64,000 nucleotides of DNA from an uncultured Rickettsiales bacterium. Lineage in GTDB: Bacteria > Pseudomonadota > Alphaproteobacteria > Rickettsiales > SXRF01. Location: contig CAYOOP010000001.1 of the NCBI GenBank assembly GCA_964405685.1, forward strand, positions 124,551-188,550. Direction: 5' to 3'. A program made the position numbers and the translations under genes. The first letter of the stretch is position 1; each line of letters begins with the position of its first letter. Below, piece by piece: positions 34,858-44,625 of this stretch. The notes beneath the pieces were generated by a model, which was not told the origin of the DNA, searched no databases, and worked only from the letters and a program-made list of their open reading frames with translations.

Positions 34858-36880
34858 ATGGTGCGTTAATCTTTATGTTAGCATAGATTTTATATTGGCT
34901 GCCGATATCACTGCGCACATTCGCATGATCTGCTACATTTTGATATTGTGCGTTGAGTCCAATACCATAACCAGGTGCGTTGCGCTCCGCTTCAGCAAAC
35001 CTCCAAAACAGTTCGCCTGAAACGTTATATTGTTTATCATCATGGCCGGAATCATTAAGCTGGATAGAGCCATAGGTGTGGCTGGTGAGCACGTCTTCCA
35101 GAATAATGTAATTGACATCAATCCCAGCAAAATAATTGCTCTGTTCTTTGGCGGAAACATAGCGCAGGCGTTCATGTTGCAGCGAGGGTGAAACGGTGAA
35201 ACTCTCGGTAGGAAAATAGGAAAACGAAAGCTCGGTGAGATGCGAATCTTGGTTATCTGAGAGTAGAATCTTATCACGATACTCGGTGTAAGTATGCGTA
35301 AGCGACAAACTCGATTGCTCAAAATTTGTGTTCCAGCCAATGTTACCGCCGGAATTGTGATAACGTAGGTTATCACCCAAAAACCCCGCCGGCGTTTTAT
35401 CGCGGAACGTATTATGCAAATATGCACCCGTCGTGAAAGTACTGTTATTAAACCAGTCCAAGCCCTCCACTTCCAACCCTAGATACGAGGGCGTAAAGCT
35501 TGCCTGAACCGACCCGCCTTGTGTTTTATCCGTAGGCACATCAACCAGCTGATTCACGTTGTTTTTCATCACATATCCATCCGCCACTAGCGTAAACGTG
35601 TCATGCACAAAATCTGACGTGAGGCTTACGCGTTTTTGATCGCTGGGGAGGTTGTTGTTAGTAATGGCGTGGAAATAAGTGCCTACGCGCTTAGCGTCCA
35701 ACGTCAGATTCCAATTCACCTCATTATAGGTAGCAGGGTTTAAATCACCCCACAAAGCAACACTTGCCAGTCCGCGTGCTGCCTCATCATTCAGCGGACC
35801 AATCATCGTACCATCACCGTCATAGTCATAATGCGTGTGCGCAAATTCGCCCTTAAGACGCGTGCGATCTTTGAGACCACGCCATTCAGTGCCGAGATTC
35901 CAACCCTTGCCAGATTTACTGATATCGTCAATCAGCGCATCGCCCCGACCACGTTCGCGTCCATCACCGCTTACATAGCCACCTTCTACCCAAAAATGTT
36001 CGTCGAATCCGAGCGGATAAAACTGCATCTGTGTGCCGCTAACACGTTCATTTGGTTCGCGTACACCGCTGATATTCACACTGCCGATAGCACGCGCCGG
36101 GTCCTGCGAAAAACCGATCACACGCACATGTTCCAGCGCCTCCAGTTGCAACGAGGCACCACGGCGATAAAATTTGTCCATCAATAGGTTAGAAACACCG
36201 ACATCATGGTTGCCAAACCGCAGCATGGCATTGCCATGTTCTGAAAATCCACGGCCGGTGAGCAAATATTCACCGTATTGCCATGGGCGATCATCATAGT
36301 TGTTGGCGGGTATCGAGTCGTAATTTCCGTTGAATTTTGCACGAAAATCCCAATGTGTGCCACCCGCCACAGCATTCGTATCAAGGAATGCATTCGCTGT
36401 GTGCGTATCGGGGTGGTTGCGGCCACGTAAATTCTTGTCAGCAAGTAGGGTGTTATATTGCCCGGTAGCCTCACCCCACACTTGTTGGTCGTCACCGGTT
36501 TGCCCACCCACGCGAACGACCCAACGCTCCAATTCTGTGTATTTCTCGTTACCCACATGCTCATACAGTTTCACCACATGGTCGCCAACGCTTAAGCGGT
36601 TACTTGGCTGGTATGTCACTCGGCGGCCGGAAAGTTGCACGGATGGTGTAACATCTTCTCCATCAAACTGCAGAAATAGATTGCCTTTACGCTCGTCGGA
36701 AATTGCGTCAGTCAGGTCAAATACGATGGCATCGGTAGGGCTGATGGCGCTTTGGCGGGCAGCAGGTTGCACAAGAGCAATCGCATCGGCGGTGTGCGCA
36801 GCAAACGGCAAACCGAGGCTAATCCCGCCAGCAATAGCGCTGCACAAAAGCAACTCCGATATTTTGAAGCCAACCCTCAT
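34847..36880 (-). CDS. Putative outer-membrane beta-barrel protein with N-terminal Ig-like domain
   Basis: 677 aa; signal peptide; amphipathic strands with Gly/aromatic periodicity; terminal aromatic residue (APFGW). Confidence 0.65.
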   Translation of the reverse strand: MRVGFKISELLLCSAIAGGISLGLPFAAHTADAIALVQPAARQSAISPTDAIVFDLTDAISDERKGNLFLQFDGEDVTPSVQLSGRRVTYQPSNRLSVGDHVVKLYEHVGNEKYTELERWVVRVGGQTGDDQQVWGEATGQYNTLLADKNLRGRNHPDTHTANAFLDTNAVAGGTHWDFRAKFNGNYDSIPANNYDDRPWQYGEYLLTGRGFSEHGNAMLRFGNHDVGVSNLLMDKFYRRGASLQLEALEHVRVIGFSQDPARAIGSVNISGVREPNERVSGTQMQFYPLGFDEHFWVEGGYVSGDGRERGRGDALIDDISKSGKGWNLGTEWRGLKDRTRLKGEFAHTHYDYDGDGTMIGPLNDEAARGLASVALWGDLNPATYNEVNWNLTLDAKRVGTYFHAITNNNLPSDQKRVSLTSDFVHDTFTLVADGYVMKNNVNQLVDVPTDKTQGGSVQASFTPSYLGLEVEGLDWFNNSTFTTGAYLHNTFRDKTPAGFLGDNLRYHNSGGNIGWNTNFEQSSLSLTHTYTEYRDKILLSDNQDSHLTELSFSYFPTESFTVSPSLQHERLRYVSAKEQSNYFAGIDVNYIILEDVLTSHTYGSIQLNDSGHDDKQYNVSGELFWRFAEAERNAPGYGIGLNAQYQNVADHANVRSDIGSQYKIYANIKINAPFGW

Positions 36881-37044
36881 GGGGAGAAATATTTACCAAA
36901 TCGGTATTTTTTGTCTATGATGAAATGGTTCACTATGGGCACACGAGATACCAAACATCCCTATAGAATGCTGGCGGAGTATGATTGCTAATGTGATGGT
37001 GGAATGGTGGTAAGCCCGATACAGGCGCGGAGTTGCGATTCTCA

Positions 37045-37120
37045 CAGGCCAGACTTAAGTTAGCACTTCAAAATGTTGGCTGTGGAATGGCGAATTTAGT
37101 GAAAATGCTCTCAGCATGCC
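37045..37120 (-). repeat. att-like repeat copy C
   Basis: 37045-37082 is identical over 38 bp to 47652-47689; followed by a diverged arm (tttagtgaaaatgctctcagcatgcc) shared with copies A and B. Confidence 0.92.
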
Positions 37121-37239
37121 AGAGAAAATAAGCAGAAAAAAACCTCTAATGGATCGTGTCTGATTTATTGATAGTGCGCACACAGGTAGCGGGTTGTTTA
37201 ACATATTGCCAACTATAGCACGCATTCTATAGTGCACGG

Positions 37240-37971
37240 ATGATAAAATCACAGCTACACGCGTCCAATCCTACGATTTCGCATCCACTGTTTGAGGCGA
37301 GCCCTGAATTGTGGAGAGAGGCTGCCAGCACGCTACGGAAGAAAACCTACGAGAATGATGATCGTATCATCTCGCATGGCGATGCGGCGGGGAGCCTGTG
37401 GTTGGTGCTTTTTGGCTGGGTAAAGCTCACGCGCCAAACACCGGATGGCAAAGAAAGTATTATCGGCTTGTGTACGGAAGGGGATGTCTTTGGCGAAGCG
37501 GCGTTGTTTCCCCACGCCAACTATCCCTACACTGCGGAAGTGGTGGGGTGCAGCGCGGAATTGGCAGCGATTCCGGCAACAACGATTCGTGCGCTAGTGG
37601 CCAAAGAACCTTCGCTTTCTGCGCGCGTGATGGCACTACTCAATGAACGCACATCGCAGGCGCAACTGAAATTAGAACAGTTGACGACGATGTCTGCTGC
37701 GCAGCGTTTGGGCTGTTTTTTGCTCAGGCTCTGCCATACGCAGGTGGGCGGTGCGAAGACTCTGCAAATACCCGTTGAGAAGCATATTTTAGCGGCGTAT
37801 CTCGGCATGAAGCCCGAGACTCTATCCCGCAGTCAGCAACAGTTGAAGCCACTGGGTATTTTGGTTTCCGGTCATGCTATCACCATCAATCAGGTGGAGA
37901 AGCTACGAGAGTTTGTGTGCAATAGTTGCTCGGAATCTGGCAATTGCGAGGCGGAAGAGGTTCTGAATTAA
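37240..37971 (+). CDS. Crp/Fnr-family transcriptional regulator (FixK/Dnr-like) with C-terminal Cys cluster
   Basis: cNMP-binding barrel (GWVKLTRQTPDGKE...GDVFGEAA), HTH AYLGMKPETLSR; tail CNSCSESGNC. Confidence 0.9.
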   Translation: MIKSQLHASNPTISHPLFEASPELWREAASTLRKKTYENDDRIISHGDAAGSLWLVLFGWVKLTRQTPDGKESIIGLCTEGDVFGEAALFPHANYPYTAEVVGCSAELAAIPATTIRALVAKEPSLSARVMALLNERTSQAQLKLEQLTTMSAAQRLGCFLLRLCHTQVGGAKTLQIPVEKHILAAYLGMKPETLSRSQQQLKPLGILVSGHAITINQVEKLREFVCNSCSESGNCEAEEVLN

Positions 37972-38390
37972 ACTGCAAACACACCTTCCAGCGCATGGGT
38001 GAGGTTCGGCAGTGGCGGCGGTTGCTTAAACCATGCCGCCAAAAGTGGGTATTCGATTTCCGCCACAATATGCCGCGTGGCCGATTGCGGTAGAGACGCA
38101 TGTACCCACGCAATATCGTTGCTGCCACCTACCAATACCAGTTGATCAAACGCATGGGTACGATCTGCTTCAACGATAGATTCTTGAAATTGTTCCAGCG
38201 ATGCAAACACCGCGTGGTTATGTTGCACTACGGGCAAGAGCGTTCCTCGCACATCTTTTTCAAACAGCGAAATCATCCCCTCGCACGCAGCAACTACCCA
38301 TACGCGCGGCGCACCACCACACCCACTGCCCTTGCATTTGCCAGAGCAGGCTTTGTTTGTAGTGATGGGTGTGACGGTGCAGCCAGACAT
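37968..38390 (-). CDS. Host-attachment-protein (AtsE/baeRF)-like protein, short
   Basis: RVWVVAA..FEK..FDQLVLVG...IVAEI pattern; Cys-rich N-terminus. Confidence 0.55.
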   Translation of the reverse strand: MSGCTVTPITTNKACSGKCKGSGCGGAPRVWVVAACEGMISLFEKDVRGTLLPVVQHNHAVFASLEQFQESIVEADRTHAFDQLVLVGGSNDIAWVHASLPQSATRHIVAEIEYPLLAAWFKQPPPLPNLTHALEGVFAV

Positions 38391-38392
38391 GG

Positions 38393-39001
38393 CTAAAACT
38401 TATAGCCAACGCCCACGCCAATCAACCACGGATCAATATCTACATCCGCGCGGACACCACTTGGACTAAACTTGGCTGTCGTGCTGATAAATACCTTTTT
38501 CACATCAATGTTGGCATACCAATTATCTTGAATGGGAATATCAACACCCGCTTGCAGCGCGCCACCGAAGCTATCGTCGTATGTAACGGCATTCAGTGCA
38601 CCCGCATCTTCATTGAAGAAATGCGTATAGTTCACGCCAGCGCCGACATAGGGCTTAATTCCATCAAATTGCGTAAAATGATATTGTAACGTGAGTGTAG
38701 GCGGTAATAACCACGAACTTCCCGCGTCAATTCCACTGCTGGTTTTGACATCATGCGGCGTAACAGCAGCGATCAGTTCTGCCGCTATATTCGGTGTAAA
38801 GAAATAGGTGAAATCTAGCTCTGGAACCACGCTGTTATCGACACTCACGCTATCGCCATTGGAAACGCGACCATCTTCATCAGGCACCACGCCTAGCGCG
38901 CGTGCGCGGATCATAAAATCGCCAGCTTTGAAATCGGATGCTGCAAACGCAGGGCTGACGAGCGTAAGAGCAATCGCGACCGTCAGAAAAAGTTTTTTCA
39001 T
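38393..39001 (-). CDS. ompW: OmpW-family outer membrane protein
   Basis: PELDFTYFFTPNIAAELI, LPPTLTLQYHF, PYVGAGVNYT, DPWLIGVGVGYKF; start at ATG 39001 after GGAG. Confidence 0.93.
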   Translation of the reverse strand: MKKLFLTVAIALTLVSPAFAASDFKAGDFMIRARALGVVPDEDGRVSNGDSVSVDNSVVPELDFTYFFTPNIAAELIAAVTPHDVKTSSGIDAGSSWLLPPTLTLQYHFTQFDGIKPYVGAGVNYTHFFNEDAGALNAVTYDDSFGGALQAGVDIPIQDNWYANIDVKKVFISTTAKFSPSGVRADVDIDPWLIGVGVGYKF

Positions 39002-39056
39002 AGGGCTCTCCATCGTTATGATGGCACTGAAGATAGACGGATAAACCGAGCAATCC

Positions 39057-39070
39057 TTGATTTGGGTCAA
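39057..39070. promoter_or_regulatory. FNR/FixK box between divergent ompW and DUF465 genes
   Basis: TTGAT-TTGG-GTCAA versus consensus TTGAT-N4-ATCAA (1 mismatch). Confidence 0.8.
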
Positions 39071-39125
39071 GCGCCAAAGCCTTCTCTGTGTTTATGTTGA
39101 GGAGGAACAACAGAAGGAGTCTCTC

Positions 39126-39368
39126 ATGCCACTTGAAAACCATAGCTTGATCAACGAATTTCCTGAAATGCGCGAGCGTATTCACCGGTTAAAAGCGGCC
39201 GATGGCCACTTTGCTCGGCTCTTTAATGAATACGATGCGGTGGAACATAGTGTACATCGCATTGAATCCGGGGCCGAAGCGGCCAGCGATGAACGGTTGG
39301 AGCAACTCAAGAAAGAGCGGCTTGCACTGAAAGATGAGCTGTACAATATGCTGCGGAAAGCGGCTTAA
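39126..39368 (+). CDS. DUF465/YdcH-family small coiled-coil protein
   Basis: EFPE...HFARLFNEY...LKKERLALKDELY; RBS aaggag. Confidence 0.85.
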   Translation: MPLENHSLINEFPEMRERIHRLKAADGHFARLFNEYDAVEHSVHRIESGAEAASDERLEQLKKERLALKDELYNMLRKAA

Positions 39369-39511
39369 ACCTCTTCATCCTCCCGCAAGATCCGGTGCGG
39401 TGCGCCGTCTAGGTCTTCGAACTGGTTGTTTTTCATTGCCCACATGAAGGCGACAAGCCCAAGAACACCGAGCGTAAGCGCGATGGGTATGAGGTAGAGT
39501 AGGATGTTCAT
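39365..39511 (-). CDS. ccoS: cbb3 oxidase maturation protein CcoS/FixS
   Basis: Manual translation MNILLYLIPIALTLGVLGLVAFMWAMKNNQFEDLDGAPHRILREDEEV (below ORF-track size cutoff). Confidence 0.92.
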   Translation of the reverse strand: MNILLYLIPIALTLGVLGLVAFMWAMKNNQFEDLDGAPHRILREDEEV

Positions 39512-41655
39512 GCGCGCTCCTTCAACATGCGAAGCCTAAACGCATTACCAATGACCAGCAGTGATGAACTGGACATGGCGATTGCTGCAATGAGTGGCGT
39601 AACATAGCCAGCGACCGCCAGCGGAATCGCAATCACGTTATAACCAATCGCCAACCAGAAGTTTTGCCGCACCAACGTTTGCGAAAATTGCGCGGTTTTC
39701 CAAGCAGTAATCACAGGTACCAGTTTATCGCCCTGAAATACAATGTCAGCTGCGTTTTGCGTAATATCCATCGCGCTGGCGGGTGACATAGAAATGCTCG
39801 CGGAAGAAAGCGACGGTGCATCATTCAACCCATCGCCCACCATCAGCACATGTGCGCCGTCCGCTTTGAGCACAGAGATCTTTTCGGTTTTTTGCAGTGG
39901 TGATAATGCGCCTTCAAATGCCTTGATGCCCAACTTCTGAGCAATATCTTTAGCCACCTCTTGCCGATCACCAGAGAGCAATAACGTCTTGATGCCACTT
40001 GATTGCAGCGCGGCGATCACCTCTTTCGCATCTTCGCGCAATTGATCGGCAAAGGTAAAGCGAATAGGTTGTTTTCCATCCTCTGCTAACCACAACTCCA
40101 GTGTGTTTTCACCATCATCAGGCAACTGCGTTGCCCAGCTTCTTTTACCCAGCTTGACCCCTTCCGATTCAAGCCCACAGCCTTGAATTTCATGCACATG
40201 CACCATCGGCAACACATTTGGATACGCACGCACCAATGCTTGCGATAGCGGATGTTTGCTGTTTGCTGCAATTGCGGCCGCTTTCTCTAAATCCTGAATC
40301 CTGAATCCTGAATCCTGCAATACTGGTTTTCCCAGCGTCAACGTGCCGGTTTTATCAAACACGGCGTGGGTGATGGTAGCAAGTCGCTCTAGCGCGCTGC
40401 CGCTTTTAAGTAGAATGCCAGCGCGCATCAGCTTGCCGCTGGCCAGCACCTGTACTACCGGCACCGCTAACCCTAAAGCACACGGGCAGGTGATGATGAG
40501 CACGGTGGCCGCATAAAGCAATGCAAGCTGCCACTCGATATCTCCAAACAACATCCAACCCGCAAATGTTGCGGCGGCAAGCGCATGCACCGCAGGTGTA
40601 TACCAACCAGAAATGCGGTCAGCCAATGTCACATATTTCGCTTGCGATTGCTCGGCGGTTTCCATGAGTCTTACAATTTCCGAAAGCAAGGAACGTTCGC
40701 CTGCTTTAGTGATCCGAATGGTGAGTGGCGCGGCAATATTCATCGTACCCGCAAATACTTTCGTGCCGACACGCACTTGCTGTGGCAGGGTTTCTCCCGT
40801 AATCAAGCTGGTGTCGAGTTCCGATTCGCCCGAGATAATCTCCCCATCGGCACCGATTTTCTCACCCGCCGCTACCAGTAAAATCATACCTTCTTTGAGA
40901 TCAGAAAGAGGCAGCATTTCTTGCACGCCGTCTTTGAGAATGGTGGCAAAACCCGTCATCATTTGCAACAAATCATGCGCGGCGCTGCGTGCGCGGCCTT
41001 TCGCGCGCGCTTCCAGATAGCGCCCGATAAGCAGAAAAAACAGCAACATCACACCCGAATCAAAATAGGAATGTCTGCCGAACGTCGCGGTTTCGTAGAA
41101 GCTCATGAGCGTGGCTAGAATCACTGCCACGGAAATCGGCACATCCATATTCGTTTTGCGCTGCGCGAGTGCTTTCCACGCCGATTTATAAAATGGCAAG
41201 CCTGAGTAAGCGATGGCGGGAATGGCAATCACCGCTTGTATCCAATGGAAAAATGTCCGTGTAGCTTCACCCATCTGCATGGGGTCACTGCTCCACAGCG
41301 GCACCGAAAACAGCATAAGGTTACCGCTGGCGAACCCGGCCACGGCAAGGCAGCGCAGCAAGAACTTTTCTTCTTTTCTCTCTGCAGTTTCCGAAGTTGC
41401 AGGGTCAAAAGGCACGGCGCGATAGCCCATGCCGTTGATCAGTTCAACCCACTTATCACCAAGCTCCACCGCCCCTTGCCACACCACACACAATCGCTTA
41501 GTAGAAAGATTAAGCCGCGCAGTGTGCACCGCCTCTTGCTTTTTAAGCGCGCCCTCGATAATCGCCACGCAACTTGGGCAATGCATCCCATCCACCAACA
41601 GGTTCACGCTGTGGAGGCCATCGGCTTCAGAGGTGATGAAAGGGCGTGTGGTCAT
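39508..41655 (-). CDS. ccoI: Copper-translocating P1B-ATPase CcoI/FixI
   Basis: GMHCPSC HMA domain, TGE, CPCALGL, DKTGTLT, MVGDGLNDAP; start set downstream of a REP-like element (track start 41730). Confidence 0.93.
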   Translation of the reverse strand: MTTRPFITSEADGLHSVNLLVDGMHCPSCVAIIEGALKKQEAVHTARLNLSTKRLCVVWQGAVELGDKWVELINGMGYRAVPFDPATSETAERKEEKFLLRCLAVAGFASGNLMLFSVPLWSSDPMQMGEATRTFFHWIQAVIAIPAIAYSGLPFYKSAWKALAQRKTNMDVPISVAVILATLMSFYETATFGRHSYFDSGVMLLFFLLIGRYLEARAKGRARSAAHDLLQMMTGFATILKDGVQEMLPLSDLKEGMILLVAAGEKIGADGEIISGESELDTSLITGETLPQQVRVGTKVFAGTMNIAAPLTIRITKAGERSLLSEIVRLMETAEQSQAKYVTLADRISGWYTPAVHALAAATFAGWMLFGDIEWQLALLYAATVLIITCPCALGLAVPVVQVLASGKLMRAGILLKSGSALERLATITHAVFDKTGTLTLGKPVLQDSGFRIQDLEKAAAIAANSKHPLSQALVRAYPNVLPMVHVHEIQGCGLESEGVKLGKRSWATQLPDDGENTLELWLAEDGKQPIRFTFADQLREDAKEVIAALQSSGIKTLLLSGDRQEVAKDIAQKLGIKAFEGALSPLQKTEKISVLKADGAHVLMVGDGLNDAPSLSSASISMSPASAMDITQNAADIVFQGDKLVPVITAWKTAQFSQTLVRQNFWLAIGYNVIAIPLAVAGYVTPLIAAIAMSSSSLLVIGNAFRLRMLKERA

Positions 41656-41661
41656 ACATTC

Positions 41662-41760
41662 CGTCATCCTGCGAGGCGCGAAGCGACTGCGCAGGATCTC
41701 GTTATTATTGTAAAAAGATCCTGTGCTCATGTCTTCGCTTTCAGCTTCGACGATGCCACA
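41662..41760. repeat. Palindromic REP-like elements in ccoH-ccoI spacer
   Basis: gtcatcctgcgaggcgcgaagcgactgcgcaggatctc and gatcctgtg...cacaggat inverted repeats. Confidence 0.55.
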
Positions 41761-41769
41761 GGATTTGAG

Positions 41770-42207
41770 CTACTCTACCACAATCCTCTTATTAACCTGA
41801 AAATTTTTATCGCCAACCTGTGCATCCACCCGTACATCCCACACGCCCTTAGCGGGGAAAGGGATAGGTGTGTTTTTGTCTTTTAATTCCACCGTGAAAT
41901 CCATCCCTTTTTCGGCAGGGCGGGTGATGGTGGCGGTGACACTATCTGGCGTGAGTAGCTTTCCTTGCTTATCTTTCAGCGTGAAGTGGAGCGTACCATT
42001 GGCATAGCTTATCTCTCCCTTCCATCCCAATTTCTCCTGCGCTGCTTCTGCTTTGACCACTTCGTTATACGCAAGTCCCCTTTCATAGGCATGATCCGTC
42101 ACCACGCCGCTATGGGTGCGGATGGCCAGCGTCATCATGACTGCATTCACAGCGGCAATTAATCCAAAAAATGCAGTGAAATACCAGAATACGCGTTTGC
42201 CTGTCAT
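41770..42207 (-). CDS. ccoH: FixH/CcoH family protein
   Basis: AFFGLIAAVNAVMMTLA..T.SGVVTD.AYERGL.YN. Confidence 0.9.
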   Translation of the reverse strand: MTGKRVFWYFTAFFGLIAAVNAVMMTLAIRTHSGVVTDHAYERGLAYNEVVKAEAAQEKLGWKGEISYANGTLHFTLKDKQGKLLTPDSVTATITRPAEKGMDFTVELKDKNTPIPFPAKGVWDVRVDAQVGDKNFQVNKRIVVE

Positions 42208-43583
42208 CTGCCTTCGCTCACAAAAATAGATTCTGTACTGGTGGTCACTGTAGCGTTTTTATCACGAACATGGAACACGATCTCTTGCCGATGTTCCGCT
42301 TGCTTGCTCGCCGTCAAGAATACCCGGAAATGCGCCACTGAACCAGCAAAAACGGGCAAGTTTTCTGCCGTCATTTCTTCCGCTGCCTGCACGCGCAGCA
42401 CAACGTTCTCAAGGCCTTCAACCGCCAGTGTGTAATGAGCATCGTCATGGGATTTGTTGATAATATTGATATTATAGCCGTTACGAATAGAGCCGTCGGA
42501 GAGCTTGACGAATAAGGGGTTGCGATCATGCACCACATTTAGTTCAAGCGGCGCGCGAGTGAGTAGGCTGTAGAGCATCAAACACCCAACCAGCGCAATG
42601 ATACCACCATACCAATAGGTGCGTGGGCGTAGCGGATTAAATTTCTTTTTGCTCTCGGTGTCGTAGCGGATCAGCCCCTTCGGCAGGCCGATCTTTTCCA
42701 TCACATTGTCGCACGCATCGACACATAAGCCGCACGCGATGCATTCCATCTGTAACCCGTTACGAATATCAATCCCCATGGGGCAGACGACGACGCAAGA
42801 GTCGCAATCGATACAGTGGCCTTTGCCCTCCCAGCTATCGCCCGTTTTGTGTTTTCCGCGTGGTTCACCGCGAATTTCATCATAGGCAATAATCAGCGTG
42901 TCTTTATCAAACATCGCTGATTGGAACCGCGCATAGGGGCACATATAGGTGCATACCTGCTCACGCGCAAAACCCGCCATGAGATAGGTGGAGAAAGTGA
43001 GCCCCAGAATCCACCCGCCTACGCTCCACGGCACATCGAAATGCACAATCTGATCCATTAATGTCGGCGCATCGTTAAAATAAAACACCCATGCACCGCC
43101 GGTGCATAGACCAATGAGTAGCCAGATAAGATGTGTCAGGCCTTTTTTGCGTATCTTCTCGAAGGTCCATTTCGATTCATCGAGTTTTTTGCGGGCGTTG
43201 CGATCACCTTGAACGATGCGCTCTACCCACACGAATAAATCCGTCCACACCGTTTGCGGGCAGGCATAACCGCACCAGACTCGGCCAAACAGCGAGGTGA
43301 CGAAGAACAGACCAACTGCCGCAAGAATCAGAATTCCGGTGATATAATAGACTTCCTGCGGCCAGATTTCGATGCCGAAGAAATAGGCGCGGGTATGATT
43401 GAGGTCGATGAGGATGGCTTGGTCTGGCGCATTTTCACCACGATCCCACCGCAGCCATGGCGCACCATAATAAATGGCGAGCAACGTGACCATCGCCATC
43501 CATTTCAGCTTACGAAATTTGCCCCATACGCGCCGTGGATAGATTTTTTCTTGTTTTTTAAAAAGTTGTATGGGGGCTGCCAT
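42204..43583 (-). CDS. ccoG: cbb3 oxidase accessory 4Fe-4S protein CcoG/FixG
   Basis: GRVWCGYACPQTVWT, CTYMCPYARFQ, CIDCDSCVVVCPMGIDIR, CIACGLCVDAC. Confidence 0.95.
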   Translation of the reverse strand: MAAPIQLFKKQEKIYPRRVWGKFRKLKWMAMVTLLAIYYGAPWLRWDRGENAPDQAILIDLNHTRAYFFGIEIWPQEVYYITGILILAAVGLFFVTSLFGRVWCGYACPQTVWTDLFVWVERIVQGDRNARKKLDESKWTFEKIRKKGLTHLIWLLIGLCTGGAWVFYFNDAPTLMDQIVHFDVPWSVGGWILGLTFSTYLMAGFAREQVCTYMCPYARFQSAMFDKDTLIIAYDEIRGEPRGKHKTGDSWEGKGHCIDCDSCVVVCPMGIDIRNGLQMECIACGLCVDACDNVMEKIGLPKGLIRYDTESKKKFNPLRPRTYWYGGIIALVGCLMLYSLLTRAPLELNVVHDRNPLFVKLSDGSIRNGYNINIINKSHDDAHYTLAVEGLENVVLRVQAAEEMTAENLPVFAGSVAHFRVFLTASKQAEHRQEIVFHVRDKNATVTTSTESIFVSEGR

Positions 43584-43586
43584 TGG

Positions 43587-44480
43587 CTATTCCTTAGGCT
43601 TGGCGGCTTCGCCTCCACCGAGTGAATGCACATAGATCGCGAGTGCTTTAATGGTTTCATCCGGCAGACGCGATTCCCATGTCGGCATCACCCCATGTTT
43701 TGGATTCGCGATTTGTGCCATAATATCTTGCTTGGTGTTGCCATATAACCAAATCGCATCCACAAGGTTCGGTGCGCCAAACTCGCGGCCACCTTTGCCT
43801 GTATCGCCATGACAAGAGGCACAGTTTTGTTTGAATAGTGCTGCACCCGCCGTATGGTCGCCTTTGCCGCTTTCGAGGCTCAAAGCATACTCTGTCACGC
43901 TTGCAATTTCTTCCTTTTTCAGCATGTCACCGAACGCCGGCATTTGCGAACTTCGCGTATCCTTATGCCCTGCACGAACGCCGACTTTCAATGTCTGATA
44001 AATAGATTGCAAATCCCCGCCCCAGACCCAATCGTCGTCATTGAGGTTTGGGTATCCCTTGCGTCCTTCTGCGCCCGTGCCATGGCATGCCGAGCAGTTT
44101 TCCTTAAACAGCGTTTTCCCACCTGCTACCGCGAAGGCATAAAGCTCAGGATCTTTTTGAATTTCTTCGAGCGAATGAGCTTTTATTTTTGCTGCAAACT
44201 CTCCGCGCCGCTCAAGCATCTCCTCCTGTTCTTCGCCGAGTTTTTTATATTGCGTCCAGCCCGCCGTGCCTTTTGTACCACCGCGTTCGCCCTCACCAGA
44301 AAGCGTTGGCCACGCCGGATACACCACCCAATAACCCACCGCCCAAATGCAGGTAATGGCAAATACAACCAGCCACCAGCGCGGCGCAGGAAGGTTTAGT
44401 TCCTTGATACCATCCCATTCATGACCCGTCGTTTCAACACCAGAGTGCTGGTCGATTTCTTTTTTATCTTTATCAGTCAT
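43587..44480 (-). CDS. ccoP: cbb3 oxidase subunit III CcoP
   Basis: TTGHEWDGIKELNLPAPRWW; two CxxCH haem motifs (CSACH, CASCH). Confidence 0.96.
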   Translation of the reverse strand: MTDKDKKEIDQHSGVETTGHEWDGIKELNLPAPRWWLVVFAITCIWAVGYWVVYPAWPTLSGEGERGGTKGTAGWTQYKKLGEEQEEMLERRGEFAAKIKAHSLEEIQKDPELYAFAVAGGKTLFKENCSACHGTGAEGRKGYPNLNDDDWVWGGDLQSIYQTLKVGVRAGHKDTRSSQMPAFGDMLKKEEIASVTEYALSLESGKGDHTAGAALFKQNCASCHGDTGKGGREFGAPNLVDAIWLYGNTKQDIMAQIANPKHGVMPTWESRLPDETIKALAIYVHSLGGGEAAKPKE

Positions 44481-44625
44481 GATTCCCCTCTTTCAGCGGA
44501 ATGCGCGCATGATCTTGCATGGTTTGTTTGGCGCTTGGGCGATAGGTGCGATACGCCACCCATACGAAAAATGTGAAAAAGAAAATCAGAGCCGTAGTGG
44601 GCGCAAGTTCATAGATGAGGTTCAT
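44473..44625 (-). CDS. ccoQ: cbb3 oxidase subunit IV CcoQ
   Basis: Manual translation [50 protein letters not shown]; lies between ccoO and ccoP. Confidence 0.88.
   Translation of the reverse strand: MNLIYELAPTTALIFFFTFFVWVAYRTYRPSAKQTMQDHARIPLKEGNHD

Larger units (their letters stand above)
31151..37082. mobile_element. att-bounded island 2 (about 5.9 kb): seven co-oriented genes for exported proteins
   Basis: Bounded by att-like copies B and C; no integrase seen. Confidence 0.7.
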
